A DNA stretch of 64,000 bases from an uncultured candidatus Porisulfidus sp. (GCA_965204575.1 OZ241993.1:1632001-1696000); one strand, 5' to 3'; shown: positions 47,372 to 57,694, counted from the first letter of the stretch. The notes: generated by a model from the letters alone, not told the origin. Numbers and translations are program-made.

Positions 47372-48484
47372 ATGAGAAGGATGCTAGTACCGAGTTGGAC
47401 ATGGGTCGCCCGGCAGGACACCCTTTTGAAATTCATTGATTCCATCAAGGAAGCGCCGTGGCTTGCGCTGGACACGGAATTCCTGCGCATCAATACCTAC
47501 TACCCGAAACTCTGCCTGATGCAGGTTTCGGACGGCACTCAGCATGCCCTGATCGACGCGCAAGCCGGGCTCGACCTGTCCGGCTTCATCGCATTGCTGC
47601 GTGAATCCGACAGAATCAGCGTCCTGCACGCCTGTCTTCAGGATATCGAGATCATGTACCATGATTTCGACCTGATTCCCAAAAACCTGTTCGACACCCA
47701 GATCGCCTGGGGCTTGCTCGGGCGCGACTTCCAGGTCAGTTATGCCGCCATGGTGGAGGAAACACTGGGAATCGCGCTGGACAAATCCCAGGTGCGCAGC
47801 TGGTGGGACCGCCGACCGCTCAAGCCTGCCCAACTCCAGTACGCGCTGCGCGACGTCGTGTATCTCGGCCCCATCTACCAACAACTGTCGGAAGATCTGG
47901 AAGCCAAGGGACGAACGGCCTGGCTCCAGGAGGAACTGGAACGAAACCTGACCCCTTCCGCCCTGATCCCCGACTCAAGCCATGTGTGGAAACGAGTCAA
48001 AATCCCCAACAGCGAAATCCCCGACGACCGGCTGCACGTGCTGCAAGGGCTGGCGCGTTGGCGCGAACTGGTCGCCCGGCGCCAAGACCAGGCTCGGGGC
48101 CGGGTGGCCTCGGACGATATCTTGGTGGCTCTCGCCTGCGCGACTCCCGAGGACCGGGAGGATTTCGAACAGATTGTGGCCGGCAGGGTCTCCTGGAAGC
48201 TGCACGAAAGACTGTGGAAGGCGCTCCAAGAAGCCCACCGCCGCCCTCCCATTCAGCGGAAGCTCATGGACCGGAACGAACGCATGGAAATGCGCAGGAG
48301 AATCCGGATCCTGGCTGGCGTTGCCCGCAAGGTTGCCGAGGAAATCGGAGTCTCGCCGGAACTGCTCGCACCCCGTGCCATGCTGGAGGATCTCGTGCGG
48401 CAGAACCCGGACCCGGTCCTGCTCCAAGGCTGGCGCGGCAAGACGGTCGGCCCGGCCTTGACCCAAGCTCTCGATGCCCTCTGA
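47372..48484 (+). CDS. rnd: Ribonuclease D
   Basis: ALDTEF; YYPKLCLMQ; FDTQIA; W-x-RRPL; YALRDV; HRDC region. Confidence 0.93.
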   Translation: MRRMLVPSWTWVARQDTLLKFIDSIKEAPWLALDTEFLRINTYYPKLCLMQVSDGTQHALIDAQAGLDLSGFIALLRESDRISVLHACLQDIEIMYHDFDLIPKNLFDTQIAWGLLGRDFQVSYAAMVEETLGIALDKSQVRSWWDRRPLKPAQLQYALRDVVYLGPIYQQLSEDLEAKGRTAWLQEELERNLTPSALIPDSSHVWKRVKIPNSEIPDDRLHVLQGLARWRELVARRQDQARGRVASDDILVALACATPEDREDFEQIVAGRVSWKLHERLWKALQEAHRRPPIQRKLMDRNERMEMRRRIRILAGVARKVAEEIGVSPELLAPRAMLEDLVRQNPDPVLLQGWRGKTVGPALTQALDAL

Positions 48485-48944
48485 ACCGGCGGCGGGCACG
48501 CCGGTTTCCCTTTTCGAGAAGGCTCGAGAAGCCGTCTCGGACCGGAGCGTGCTGCTGATCTGCGATCTCCCGTGCACCCCCGCACTGCGGTGGATCACCA
48601 TGACGCTATCGAGCACCGAGATCTTGGCGGCACCCAACCCGGAATCACGCTACGACTGCGGGCTGATCCTGACCCCGTGGGTGGAACCGAAGCAACTGGA
48701 TGCCGTCATCGCGCACCTGCGCGACTTCCTGTCGCTGGAGCTGTACGTCCTGCATCCCGGTGACGCCATGGAGCAGACCCGGCGGATGGGCGCGCTGGGA
48801 TTGCGCTGCATGGAGATTCTCGACATCAGCGGACAGCCTTGGGGGCTGAACCATTTCAGCCTGAAGACTTACAAGAAAACGCCGAATTGGCTGAACAGCC
48901 GCTTCTGGGCCAACCCTCAACTCTGGAACAAATTCCGCTGGTAG
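48474..48944 (+). CDS. Conserved hypothetical protein (DUF6231-like)
   Basis: C-terminal YKKTPNWLNSRFWANPQLWNKFRW motif. Confidence 0.65.
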   Translation: MPSEPAAGTPVSLFEKAREAVSDRSVLLICDLPCTPALRWITMTLSSTEILAAPNPESRYDCGLILTPWVEPKQLDAVIAHLRDFLSLELYVLHPGDAMEQTRRMGALGLRCMEILDISGQPWGLNHFSLKTYKKTPNWLNSRFWANPQLWNKFRW

Positions 48945-48951
48945 GCCAGGC

Positions 48952-49704
48952 TCAACCCTGGTCGTGCACGTTGCACAGGGCCTGAACCCCCGGCGGCAAG
49001 GTGTCGGGACAACGCCCGCACAATTCGTTGGCCGGAACCGAGAAATCGATCTTCTTCGGGTACGGCAGGTCCAGTTCGCCCATCAGTTTCACGAAATCCT
49101 CCTCGCTCCGGTTGTCCTTGAGGCGGGGGTTGCGCGCCTTTTCCTGACCGACGGTGGATACGAAACGTCCATCATAGTCGTGCGCCGGATAGACCAGGGT
49201 GTCGTTCGGGCGGGAGAAGAACTTGTCCTGGATCGAGCGGTACAGCGTGGCAGCGTCCCCCATCTGGAAGTCGGTCCGCCCGCAGGCGTCGATCAGCAGC
49301 GCATCGCCGGTGAACAGCCAGTCGCCGCTCGGGGAGTGGAACAGGAAGGCATGATGGGTGTCGGTATGCCCCGGCGTGAACAGCGGATGAATCTCCAGGG
49401 TTCCGACGCGGAATGCTTCGCCCTCGCGGACGCCGATATCCCGGCACGACAGGTCGTCCATCGCGGCGCCGGCGATCTTGCAGTCGGTGATGGCCTTGAG
49501 CTTGAAAGCCCCGCTCACGTGATCGGCGTGAACGTGCGTCTCCAGGGTATAGGTGAGTTTCAGGCCCATCTCGTGCATGACTTCAAGGTCACGGTTCGCC
49601 GTCTCCAACACCGGATCAATGAGCACGGTCTCGCCAGTCTGCGGGCAGCCGAGCAGATAGGTGTACGTGAACGATTCCGGTTCGAAGAGTTGCCTGAAAA
49701 TCAT
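48952..49704 (-). CDS. Persulfide dioxygenase (ETHE1-like metallo-beta-lactamase fold)
   Basis: MIFRQLFE; IDPV; ETHVHADH; TPGHT; FTGDALLI..CGRTDFQ; YPAHDY; NPRL. Confidence 0.88.
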   Translation of the reverse strand: MIFRQLFEPESFTYTYLLGCPQTGETVLIDPVLETANRDLEVMHEMGLKLTYTLETHVHADHVSGAFKLKAITDCKIAGAAMDDLSCRDIGVREGEAFRVGTLEIHPLFTPGHTDTHHAFLFHSPSGDWLFTGDALLIDACGRTDFQMGDAATLYRSIQDKFFSRPNDTLVYPAHDYDGRFVSTVGQEKARNPRLKDNRSEEDFVKLMGELDLPYPKKIDFSVPANELCGRCPDTLPPGVQALCNVHDQG

Positions 49705-49825
49705 GGCGAATCCGTTCCTTGCGTGAATTCCCCGGGCTTTACCTTAGACAGGAAGCCTCGAAAAAATTCCTCGGTTTCTGATGCGGGCATTTTAGCGTAT
49801 GGCGGCACAGTCGAATAAATTATGG

Positions 49826-50902
49826 CTATACAACCTTCGGCCTTTTAGACCAGCGAATTTCCTCGCCAGTTTCGGCATCTATTAATCCGTCTATGGTTGG
49901 AGGATTGTCCTCTGGTTCTGCTATGGCAAAAGCAATATGCCTTTGCGTCAAACCTTCTGCCAAAATACCATCTTTGTGGAAGATGGCCCCCGCAAGGTTT
50001 GCGCCATTAAAATAAGTTTTATGATCAAAAATTGCACCAGCCAAATTTGCACCAGCCAAATTCGCATTCATCATGAATGCGCCCGAAAAATCAGCTAGAT
50101 GTGCATTTTCGACGTAGGATAGGTTTGTGCCTAATAGTGTAGCTTCCATCAAATTCGCGCCCGAAAGGTTTGCCTTCACCAATTTCGCGCCAAAAAAATC
50201 TGCATCGGAGAGAACTGCTTTACCAAGATAGGCACCAGATAAATCTGCGCCTGCAAATGAGACTCTCGACAAATTCATCCCATAGAGGGTTTGGTTTTTA
50301 AGATCAGCGTTGCGCAAATCTGCTCGATATTTTGCCTGTTGTTCTACGGCAATTTGCATCTGATTTCGGTTGCCAATCGCCTCCATAGCAGCGTGCACAT
50401 CTTCGTTATCCTTCGATGTCGGGTTCCGCACAAACGCACACAAAAGTTGCATCACCTGGATGTGGTACTTTTCCGGACACTCCGATGCAAGGCGGCTCAA
50501 CGCATAGATACCACCAAGACGAACTGTAAGAACAGTGCTCCCCAGCATCTCAGCACCCTTCTGATAGCGTTCGTTTAACAGTCCATGTTCTGCTGTGTTA
50601 GCCTGTCTCTCAGCTACCCGACTACGCCACAAAGCTAATGGAAGACCAATTACTGCCAGAACGGTGAGAGCAAGATTACGAAGGATTGCGCCACCAGATT
50701 CCTCGCCAATCAACCAAATCCAGTTCTCTATAGCAAGCCAACCTCCTACTAGAAATACAACTACGAGCCATGTCAAAACCCAGAACCATGTGGATTTGAT
50801 CCAATAGAAAGTGGGGCGAAAACGATTCGAAAAGTTGAAAAATTTTATACACAGTTCTCTAGCACGATTTATCCAAGCGTCCAACTTTTTAAACATCGCC
50901 AT
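49826..50902 (-). CDS. Membrane-anchored pentapeptide-repeat protein
   Basis: Two TM helices; ERYQKGAEMLG..VRLGGIYAL; A(D/N)LxG repeats. Confidence 0.85.
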   Translation of the reverse strand: MAMFKKLDAWINRARELCIKFFNFSNRFRPTFYWIKSTWFWVLTWLVVVFLVGGWLAIENWIWLIGEESGGAILRNLALTVLAVIGLPLALWRSRVAERQANTAEHGLLNERYQKGAEMLGSTVLTVRLGGIYALSRLASECPEKYHIQVMQLLCAFVRNPTSKDNEDVHAAMEAIGNRNQMQIAVEQQAKYRADLRNADLKNQTLYGMNLSRVSFAGADLSGAYLGKAVLSDADFFGAKLVKANLSGANLMEATLLGTNLSYVENAHLADFSGAFMMNANLAGANLAGAIFDHKTYFNGANLAGAIFHKDGILAEGLTQRHIAFAIAEPEDNPPTIDGLIDAETGEEIRWSKRPKVV

Positions 50903-50916
50903 CTTCCCAACAGTAA

Positions 50917-52089
50917 TCAGCCAATTACGAGGTCGCCGCACCAAAGACTCCGAATGAAGGTTTTTACGGGAAGAATCTCAATGCCATCATCCGTGCGCCA
51001 TGCCCGTGATTCGAGACAGACGACCATACGCCGACTAATGTCTGGATGGTCTTCCGCCAAACTACGCAGTCCTCGCAGATGGGCTGGTGAGATTTTCGGG
51101 CTCGCCTTGGCTTCAATTGCAATTCGCATGTCACCAAGCACAAAATCCACTTCTGTTCCACTCGCAAGCCTCCAATAGGACAATTTTTCATACGACTCTC
51201 GGTAGGCACGAAAAGCACATAGTTCGTGGAAAACCCAGTTTTCAAAAGCTTTTCCGTAAAGGCCTGAGCCTGGGAGTATGTCTCCCCTACGCGCCAACCG
51301 ATTGACAATGCCTACATCGGAGAAATAGAACTTCGGCGCTCGGATCACCCGCCGTTTCTGCCGCTTGCGGTAAGCCGGCAACCAGCGACCAAGCAATGTG
51401 TCCTCCAAAATCCCGAAGTAGGCTTTTGCCGTATGGCTCGATACACCGCAGTCGCTGGCAATATTCGAGAAATTGATAATCTCCCCGTCGCAGAGAGCTG
51501 CTGCATCAAGAAACCCAGAGAAACTCGGCAGGTTTCGAACCAGGCCCTCCGCCGCCACTTCTTCTTTCAGGTAATCCGCTACGTATGCTTTCAACAATTT
51601 TTCAGGCTGCTTGGCCTCATACATCCGTGGCAAATAACCACGGTTGAGCATCCGAGTCAAATCAAAATCCTTTCCAATCTCGTCCGCTGTCAGGCCATGC
51701 AACTCATACCGAACTGCCCTTCCACCGAGAAGGTTGGCAGCCCCACGCCTTACCTTGCGGGCACTTGACCCGCACAGAGCAAAACGTAGCCCCCGGTTCT
51801 CAATCATCCAGTGCACTTCGTCGAGCAGAGCGGGAACTTTCTGGATCTCGTCAATCACGATCTGGGTCCCACCTCCAGACAACCCTTCCGTCTCGATTTC
51901 CTGGCGTAAACGTTCGGGTCGGTCGCCATAGTGCCGAAATTCGTCTGACTTCAGCAAATCGACCCATCGGCTCTTCGGGTAGTGTTGGCGCAATAGTGTG
52001 CTCTTGCCCGTCTGGCGTGGCCCCCACAGGAAGAAGGTTTCAACTCCTGGGGCTGGAAGTTCCAAGTTTCTTTTGAACATGCACTTCAA
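50917..52089 (-). CDS. AAA_14 ATPase with DUF4143 (wHTH + PD-(D/E)xK-like) C-terminus
   Basis: GPRQTGKS; IDEIQ; CGSS; PKFYFSDVG; FENWV; YWR..EVDFV..IEAK. Confidence 0.9.
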   Translation of the reverse strand: MKCMFKRNLELPAPGVETFFLWGPRQTGKSTLLRQHYPKSRWVDLLKSDEFRHYGDRPERLRQEIETEGLSGGGTQIVIDEIQKVPALLDEVHWMIENRGLRFALCGSSARKVRRGAANLLGGRAVRYELHGLTADEIGKDFDLTRMLNRGYLPRMYEAKQPEKLLKAYVADYLKEEVAAEGLVRNLPSFSGFLDAAALCDGEIINFSNIASDCGVSSHTAKAYFGILEDTLLGRWLPAYRKRQKRRVIRAPKFYFSDVGIVNRLARRGDILPGSGLYGKAFENWVFHELCAFRAYRESYEKLSYWRLASGTEVDFVLGDMRIAIEAKASPKISPAHLRGLRSLAEDHPDISRRMVVCLESRAWRTDDGIEILPVKTFIRSLWCGDLVIG

Positions 52090-52138
52090 ACTATCATGAT
52101 AATTTGAAATTATACTTCAAATTATCATTAATTTAAAT
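52085..52138. promoter_or_regulatory. Cluster of 12-bp inverted/direct operator-like repeats
   Basis: TTCAAACTATCA (52085), TGATAATTTGAA (52097), TTCAAATTATCA (52116), degenerate TTAATTTAAA (52128). Confidence 0.65.
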
Positions 52139-52399
52139 TTCCCCATCATCTCCGCTAAATATCACAATTCTAGCCATATATAGCTTACAGCCATTCTCTC
52201 AGACAAACACCGAGCACAAGAGTACAATTAGCTCCAGGATTTATATATCTGGCAGTTTTAACCTAGGCCATAGCTAGCGAATCTTTGAAAATTTTCGTGG
52301 CACACATAGCCGCTCCCGAACCGTATAGTAAACGGCATACACCATGGCAAAGTATGAGATTTTGTGCATGAAAGACACTACACCATTCGAGGTGTTCCC

Positions 52400-54565
52400 A
52401 TGAACACTGATGAACAGCGCCAGATACTGTACGCAGCCTTATTGCGACATTCGCCCGAAACTGGATCGTTGCGCGAACGATCTCTTGACCGATTCGTTCT
52501 TGTAGCACTGCTGGGTTCATCTCGGCTGGAACCAATGACCATTCGCCAAATCCAAGAACTCACTGTACTCGCACCTAAGTCTCCTGGGCTGCGTGTTGAA
52601 GTGATTAACGAAACCCTTGAACGTCTTGTCCACGCCAGCAAAGTCGATCACGTGAAAATTTCGGTTGAAGACAGTTACTTCCTGACCGATCTCGGTCGAC
52701 AACACACCGATGAAGCCACTAATTCCGCCGCACAACTTTTTCGGCCAGTTCTCGATCGCATGTTGCGCGACACCACCGGGTTATTCTCCAAGCATGACGG
52801 TGAAAATGTATGTCGGACTTTCATCTCGGAGTGTTTTGCGCGCTTCGGGCATCAGATCGCGAAAGCCGTTGCTGGCGGCCTTGCGAACGACGAATCATTT
52901 GGTGGGGCAGACATTGAGGGAGCTTTTCAAGCAGCCGTTCAAGCAGTCTCCCTCTCTAAAGAAGCTGAACAGACTCTCCGCGCCAGATGTACCCGCTTCT
53001 TGCATAGCATGGAACCCAACGACAAGGATCTGAAATTTTGCCTCGCACAGAGTTATTACGTTGTACAACTTTTGGAACTTAGTCCGAAAAACTTCAATTT
53101 ACTAGCGGACGATGCTTTTCGTGAAGCAGTTTTTTACCTTGATACCAATGTCATCCTTGATGGGGTGATGTCTGATGATTTAGCCCGTCGTTTCAGTGAG
53201 CTTGTAGCAGCGTCAAACACTTTAGGCATTGAGCTTAAGGTTACCCGTGCCACGATTGACGAAGCAACTCACGTTGCGGTGCGTCATATGGAGGATATGG
53301 AGAAAGTTGTCGAAAAAGTACCAGAAAAACTGCTTGAAAGGACTAAAGACCCATTCTTCTCGGCGTACCAAAGTGCAAAAGCAAAAGACCCCGAGATGAC
53401 ACCTGTCAAGTTTATGGCTCGATTCCAAGAATTGCCAGCGTTTTTGCAAAAATTGGACATCACATTCGAAGATAGAAACGCGAACGAGATTGTTGGTGAT
53501 CAAGACGTGTCAAGAGAATGCCAAATTGTGAACAATGCAGCAGAGACAACTCGGGGCTGGGGGAAGAGCGACGACGTAAGTCTCCACGATGTGTCCCACT
53601 TCATACTGGTTCAAGAGGAGAGGCGAGAAAATCCAAAGGCATGGTTTCTGACGAAAGATCGCACGCTAAGTAAAGCTGCGGTCAAGTTAGCGCCCGGCGA
53701 ACTGCCTTTTTGCTTTCCCATGACAGCATTTCTTCAGAGTGTGTCCCCATTTCTTGAAGCACCTACCATACGCCACACTCTCGTTGATATCTTCTCCGCA
53801 GTTCTTGATGGGGAAGTTGGAGATCTGACAGGACGGTCACTGTTTGACGTGGCAGAGCTTCGACTAATCTCTGAACTTCATGCTGATGTTCTGTCTATTC
53901 CCGAGGAGCAACTGTTGCCCGCTTTTGACTATCTCAAAGGCAACCTGCTGAAAGGAAGACCATATCGGCGCGATGAGAACGTGGATATCACCCTTGAGCT
54001 AAGAAAATTCCTTACTTCTAGTGCGCACGAGAAACAAGAAGCACTACTTGCGGAAGTTGAGCAACACAAGGCACTGGCTGTCGCTGAACGGAACAAACGC
54101 ACAGATACCGAGCGAGATGCGGACAGCATGCGTAGGGAGATTGCCCGCTTGCATGCGGAAGCGCGTATCCATAGATTTCTCAGCGGGGGGCTGGCTATAC
54201 TTGGCCTTATTGTCGCGAACGTGTGCTGGCAATTAGACTTCGAACTTGGCCGATGGGCAATGAATTTTTTGAGTGTTAATGGTGTTGACGCTACACCATT
54301 TAACATTGCTATACGTGCGTCTGGTGCGGTAGTGTTTGTGGGTTCACTAATACCTGCACTTTCTTTTGTGCTAAAAGGTCAGTACCGTATACCCAGTTAC
54401 ACTATCGTTGTTGCAACCGCGCTCGGTGCATCTGATTTGGTTGGCCTGCCAATGGTCAAAGCGGCGTCCGCATACTTGGCAGTTGCAACCCCGATTGGGG
54501 TAATGATTGCTTTGGCGTTAGGTGTTCCCAAAGACAAGCAACGAAGAGACGTCGGCGAGCTGTAG
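52400..54565 (+). CDS. Hypothetical multidomain protein: wHTH-like N-terminus, central PIN-like domain, coiled coil, C-terminal TM helices
   Basis: FYLDTNVILD; VTRATIDE; HD; WFLTKD; about four hydrophobic C-terminal segments; GAGGT RBS before ATG 52400. Confidence 0.7.
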   Translation: MNTDEQRQILYAALLRHSPETGSLRERSLDRFVLVALLGSSRLEPMTIRQIQELTVLAPKSPGLRVEVINETLERLVHASKVDHVKISVEDSYFLTDLGRQHTDEATNSAAQLFRPVLDRMLRDTTGLFSKHDGENVCRTFISECFARFGHQIAKAVAGGLANDESFGGADIEGAFQAAVQAVSLSKEAEQTLRARCTRFLHSMEPNDKDLKFCLAQSYYVVQLLELSPKNFNLLADDAFREAVFYLDTNVILDGVMSDDLARRFSELVAASNTLGIELKVTRATIDEATHVAVRHMEDMEKVVEKVPEKLLERTKDPFFSAYQSAKAKDPEMTPVKFMARFQELPAFLQKLDITFEDRNANEIVGDQDVSRECQIVNNAAETTRGWGKSDDVSLHDVSHFILVQEERRENPKAWFLTKDRTLSKAAVKLAPGELPFCFPMTAFLQSVSPFLEAPTIRHTLVDIFSAVLDGEVGDLTGRSLFDVAELRLISELHADVLSIPEEQLLPAFDYLKGNLLKGRPYRRDENVDITLELRKFLTSSAHEKQEALLAEVEQHKALAVAERNKRTDTERDADSMRREIARLHAEARIHRFLSGGLAILGLIVANVCWQLDFELGRWAMNFLSVNGVDATPFNIAIRASGAVVFVGSLIPALSFVLKGQYRIPSYTIVVATALGASDLVGLPMVKAASAYLAVATPIGVMIALALGVPKDKQRRDVGEL

Positions 54566-54623
54566 GGTCGCCATTTCAGAGCAGTCAAACTATATACTTC
54601 CTTAATTTTTCACAAAGAAACTA

Positions 54624-54863
54624 ATGGACGCACAGCAGATTGAAAACCTGATCCAGGCTGGCATTCCCGATGCCAAAGTGGCCGTCAGCGGCGGCGAAGG
54701 GAAGTTTGAAGCAACGGTAGTCAGCAATGCGTTCGAGGGCCTGATGCCCGTCAAACGCCACCAACTGGTCTACGCCACCGTCCGGGAACAAATCGCAGAC
54801 GGATCACTGCATGCCTTGACGATCCGGCCGTTGACGCCGGAAGAAAGCGAGAAAACCGGTTGA
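54624..54863 (+). CDS. BolA/IbaG family protein
   Basis: FEATVVSNAFEG..VKRHQLVY; LHALTI..TPEE. Confidence 0.9.
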   Translation: MDAQQIENLIQAGIPDAKVAVSGGEGKFEATVVSNAFEGLMPVKRHQLVYATVREQIADGSLHALTIRPLTPEESEKTG

Positions 54864-54864
54864 T

Positions 54865-55224
54865 TCAGGGGGTTCCGGAGCCCAGGCCCGCGTCAATCTT
54901 GTACAAGCCTTCCTGGGACGCGTAATACGCGGCTAGATCTTTAATATCCTCTTCCGACAGCGGTTGCACAATGGCAACCATGATCGGATTGGTACGCTCG
55001 CCGGTCTTGTAACTCAGCATGCTGTGCAGCAGATAATCCTTATGCTGCCCTGCAATGATCGGGAACGTCGGGATTGGGCTGTTGCCGTCCGTGCCATGAC
55101 AGGCCTGGCAGGTCACAGACTTCTCTTTGCCTGCCACCGGATCACCTGCCAGCACGGGGCCCGAAAGCCCGATGCTCAGTGTAATTACGGCTGAAATCAG
55201 GAAAGGACGGGACGAACGGTTCAT
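54865..55224 (-). CDS. Monoheme cytochrome c (c553/c4-like)
   Basis: Signal peptide; CQACHG; P-x-IAGQ; M axial ligand; LSEEDIKDLAAYY. Confidence 0.9.
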   Translation of the reverse strand: MNRSSRPFLISAVITLSIGLSGPVLAGDPVAGKEKSVTCQACHGTDGNSPIPTFPIIAGQHKDYLLHSMLSYKTGERTNPIMVAIVQPLSEEDIKDLAAYYASQEGLYKIDAGLGSGTP

Positions 55225-55544
55225 TTGAGGGAGGAGAAATAGGTCGCAATGTCTCGGATCTGTTCTTCCGAAAGCCTGACCGAATGCGCCCGCATGGTCG
55301 GATGGCTGCGTTCGCCGGATTGATAGGCTTTCAGAGCCATGACAATGTATTCCGCATGCTGGCCGCCTAGTTTCGGCACATGGTAGGTTGGATAGACATT
55401 GGTGTAACTGGGAACACCGTGGCATCCAAGGCAGGTCCCTGCCAAAGTGCGCCCGCGTTCGATTGCCGCTTCGTCAGCAGTGGCGAGAGCGGGAGTTAAT
55501 CCCAATACGAAAGAAGCCGCAAGAAGATATCCGCGTCCGCGCAT
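55221..55544 (-). CDS. Monoheme cytochrome c (c553/c4-like)
   Basis: Signal peptide; CLGCHG; YPTYHVPKLGGQ; RSHPTM; ATGA overlap with next cytochrome. Confidence 0.9.
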   Translation of the reverse strand: MRGRGYLLAASFVLGLTPALATADEAAIERGRTLAGTCLGCHGVPSYTNVYPTYHVPKLGGQHAEYIVMALKAYQSGERSHPTMRAHSVRLSEEQIRDIATYFSSLK

Positions 55545-55673
55545 GACGTTTATGAAGTCCCAGAAAGATATGTGCGAAGAATCGCTCGTCTGGCGGCCAT
55601 TATACACCGCGCTCTTCACCGAACCGTACAAATGAATGCCTAAAAAGTGGGCTACGAGGCGCAATTTCAATGG

Positions 55674-57479
55674 TTATATCGTCCCAGACTTGGGCTTGTG
55701 CATCATCGGACACTTGTCCCGCGTACAGCCGCAGGGCTTGTCTCCGCAGATCCTCATCTGCTTCATCGCATACTCCATTGCCTCTTCCCGGGTTGCCGTG
55801 AAATACTCGCTCCACTCCGGGCTGGCGAATCCCGTGCGCTCGAAAACCTCCATGATCTCGGGCTTGGCGCGGGTCACGATGAAAGTGATATTGGAATCCA
55901 CCAGTTCCCGCGCGAGGCTGTGCAGCATATGCTCCCCGGTCGAGTCAATCTCCGTGATGCTGCTCGCATCCACGATGATGTAGCGCAAGCCTTCGGTCGA
56001 AGCCGCGGCCCGCAGGACCTGGTCGCTGAAATAACCCGTGTTGGCGAAGAACAGCGGCCCGTCGAAGCGCAGCATCGAGATGCTGCAGCAAGTCTCGAGA
56101 ATCCGCCGCCGGGCATCGGCGAACTTGCCCGTGCTGTCACGCGAAATCAGGCTGATGTTCGGGCGCATGATGCGGTACACGAACAACCCGAGGGCCAAAA
56201 GCACCCCAATGATGATCCCGTTTTCCAAGTGGGGCGCGAATGCCAGCGTCAGCACGAATGTGATGACTGCCACGACCGCATCGTGTTTCTGCACTTTCCA
56301 GGCATCGATGATCGGTTTCACCCGGAACAGGCTGGCCACTGCGATGATGATGACCGAAGCCAGCATGGCCTGCGGCATGTGGTACAGCATCGGGGTCAAG
56401 AACAGCAACGTTGCAGCCACGAGTAGGCCAGTCACAACAGAAGAGAAACCGGTAACTGCCCCGGCGGTTAAATTCACCGCGGAGCGGGAAAACGAGCCGG
56501 AGACCGCATAGCCTTGGAAAAAGCTGGCCGCCAGATTGCCCAAGCCCTGACCTAACAATTCCTGATCGGCATCCAGATGCTGGCGGGTTTTTCGCATCGA
56601 CATCGACTTGGCAACGGAAAACGCCTCCATGAAGCCAATCAGGGAAATGGCAATCGCAACGCCTGCCAGGTCCAGCACATAGCCGAAATCAACGGTCGGC
56701 AATACGAGATTCGGCAAACCCTCCGGAATTGCGCCAACTATGGCCCCACCAAAATTCTCCTTAAATCCGATCAGCCACGAAACTACTGTGGTCAGGATCG
56801 CTGCAACCAAGATGCCTGGCACCTTTTGCGAAATTTTTGGCAAAAAGTACATCATGCCGAGAGCCGCGACACTCATGGCGACCGTCGGCCAGTGCGTGAA
56901 CTCGGAGGCTGCAACCAGTATGTTCCAGACCGTCTCGTAGTGATGTTCGCTTTTCTCTGCGGTCACCCCTAGCAACTTGCCCAATTGGGACGTGGCGATG
57001 ATTAGTGCCGCCGCGTTGGTGAAGCCAATGACCACCGGGTGCGACAGGAAGTCCACCAGCACTCCTAGACGTAAAAGTCCCAGAGCGATCTGGAACACGC
57101 CGACCATCAGAGCCAGCATGATCGCGTAGGCGATGTAGCCTTCCGAGCCTGACGACGCGATCGGCTCCAGGGCCGATGCCGTCAACAGCGAGATCACGGC
57201 CACCGGGCCGGTCGCCAGCTGGCGGGACGAGCCGAACACGGCCGAAACGATTACCGGCAAAAACGAGGCATACAAGCCGTAATAAGTCGGCAGGCCCGCC
57301 AACTGGGCATAAGCCATCGACTGCGGGACGATCACCAAGGCAACGGTGGTGCCGGCGATGAGGTCCGCCTTCAGGACGGCAGAGGAACGCAGTTCCGGCA
57401 GCCATTCGAGGAACGGCAGGAACCGGGTTTTTAAGTATCTCGGGATTTTTTTGGCAGTCTTGACCCAGAATTTCCTCAT
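55674..57479 (-). CDS. SulP-family anion (sulfate) transporter with STAS domain
   Basis: DLIAG; PQSMAYA; YGLY; GPVA; GSFSRS; STAS LRFDGPLFFAN..DSTG. Confidence 0.93.
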   Translation of the reverse strand: MRKFWVKTAKKIPRYLKTRFLPFLEWLPELRSSAVLKADLIAGTTVALVIVPQSMAYAQLAGLPTYYGLYASFLPVIVSAVFGSSRQLATGPVAVISLLTASALEPIASSGSEGYIAYAIMLALMVGVFQIALGLLRLGVLVDFLSHPVVIGFTNAAALIIATSQLGKLLGVTAEKSEHHYETVWNILVAASEFTHWPTVAMSVAALGMMYFLPKISQKVPGILVAAILTTVVSWLIGFKENFGGAIVGAIPEGLPNLVLPTVDFGYVLDLAGVAIAISLIGFMEAFSVAKSMSMRKTRQHLDADQELLGQGLGNLAASFFQGYAVSGSFSRSAVNLTAGAVTGFSSVVTGLLVAATLLFLTPMLYHMPQAMLASVIIIAVASLFRVKPIIDAWKVQKHDAVVAVITFVLTLAFAPHLENGIIIGVLLALGLFVYRIMRPNISLISRDSTGKFADARRRILETCCSISMLRFDGPLFFANTGYFSDQVLRAAASTEGLRYIIVDASSITEIDSTGEHMLHSLARELVDSNITFIVTRAKPEIMEVFERTGFASPEWSEYFTATREEAMEYAMKQMRICGDKPCGCTRDKCPMMHKPKSGTI

Positions 57480-57694
57480 GTGGGTGATTCCGTTGTTAAA
57501 TCAATCCGCCAAAAAGTGTTGCGATTACTTTAGCATATGGGGTTTTGGCGACCGTTTTCGGCGGTGTTTCCGATGGGCCTGTAGCAAACCGAATAGCCAA
57601 ACGCCCGAAAACCGCTCGATTCCTATTGGCTGACACAGAGAGGTACCGAGAGGCAGCGGATTTGCTATCTCCCGGCACTCCCAAAACAATCTGT

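Noticed and set aside
50030-50070. 15-bp tandem repeats
   Set aside because: Explained by pentapeptide-repeat coding (ANLAG)
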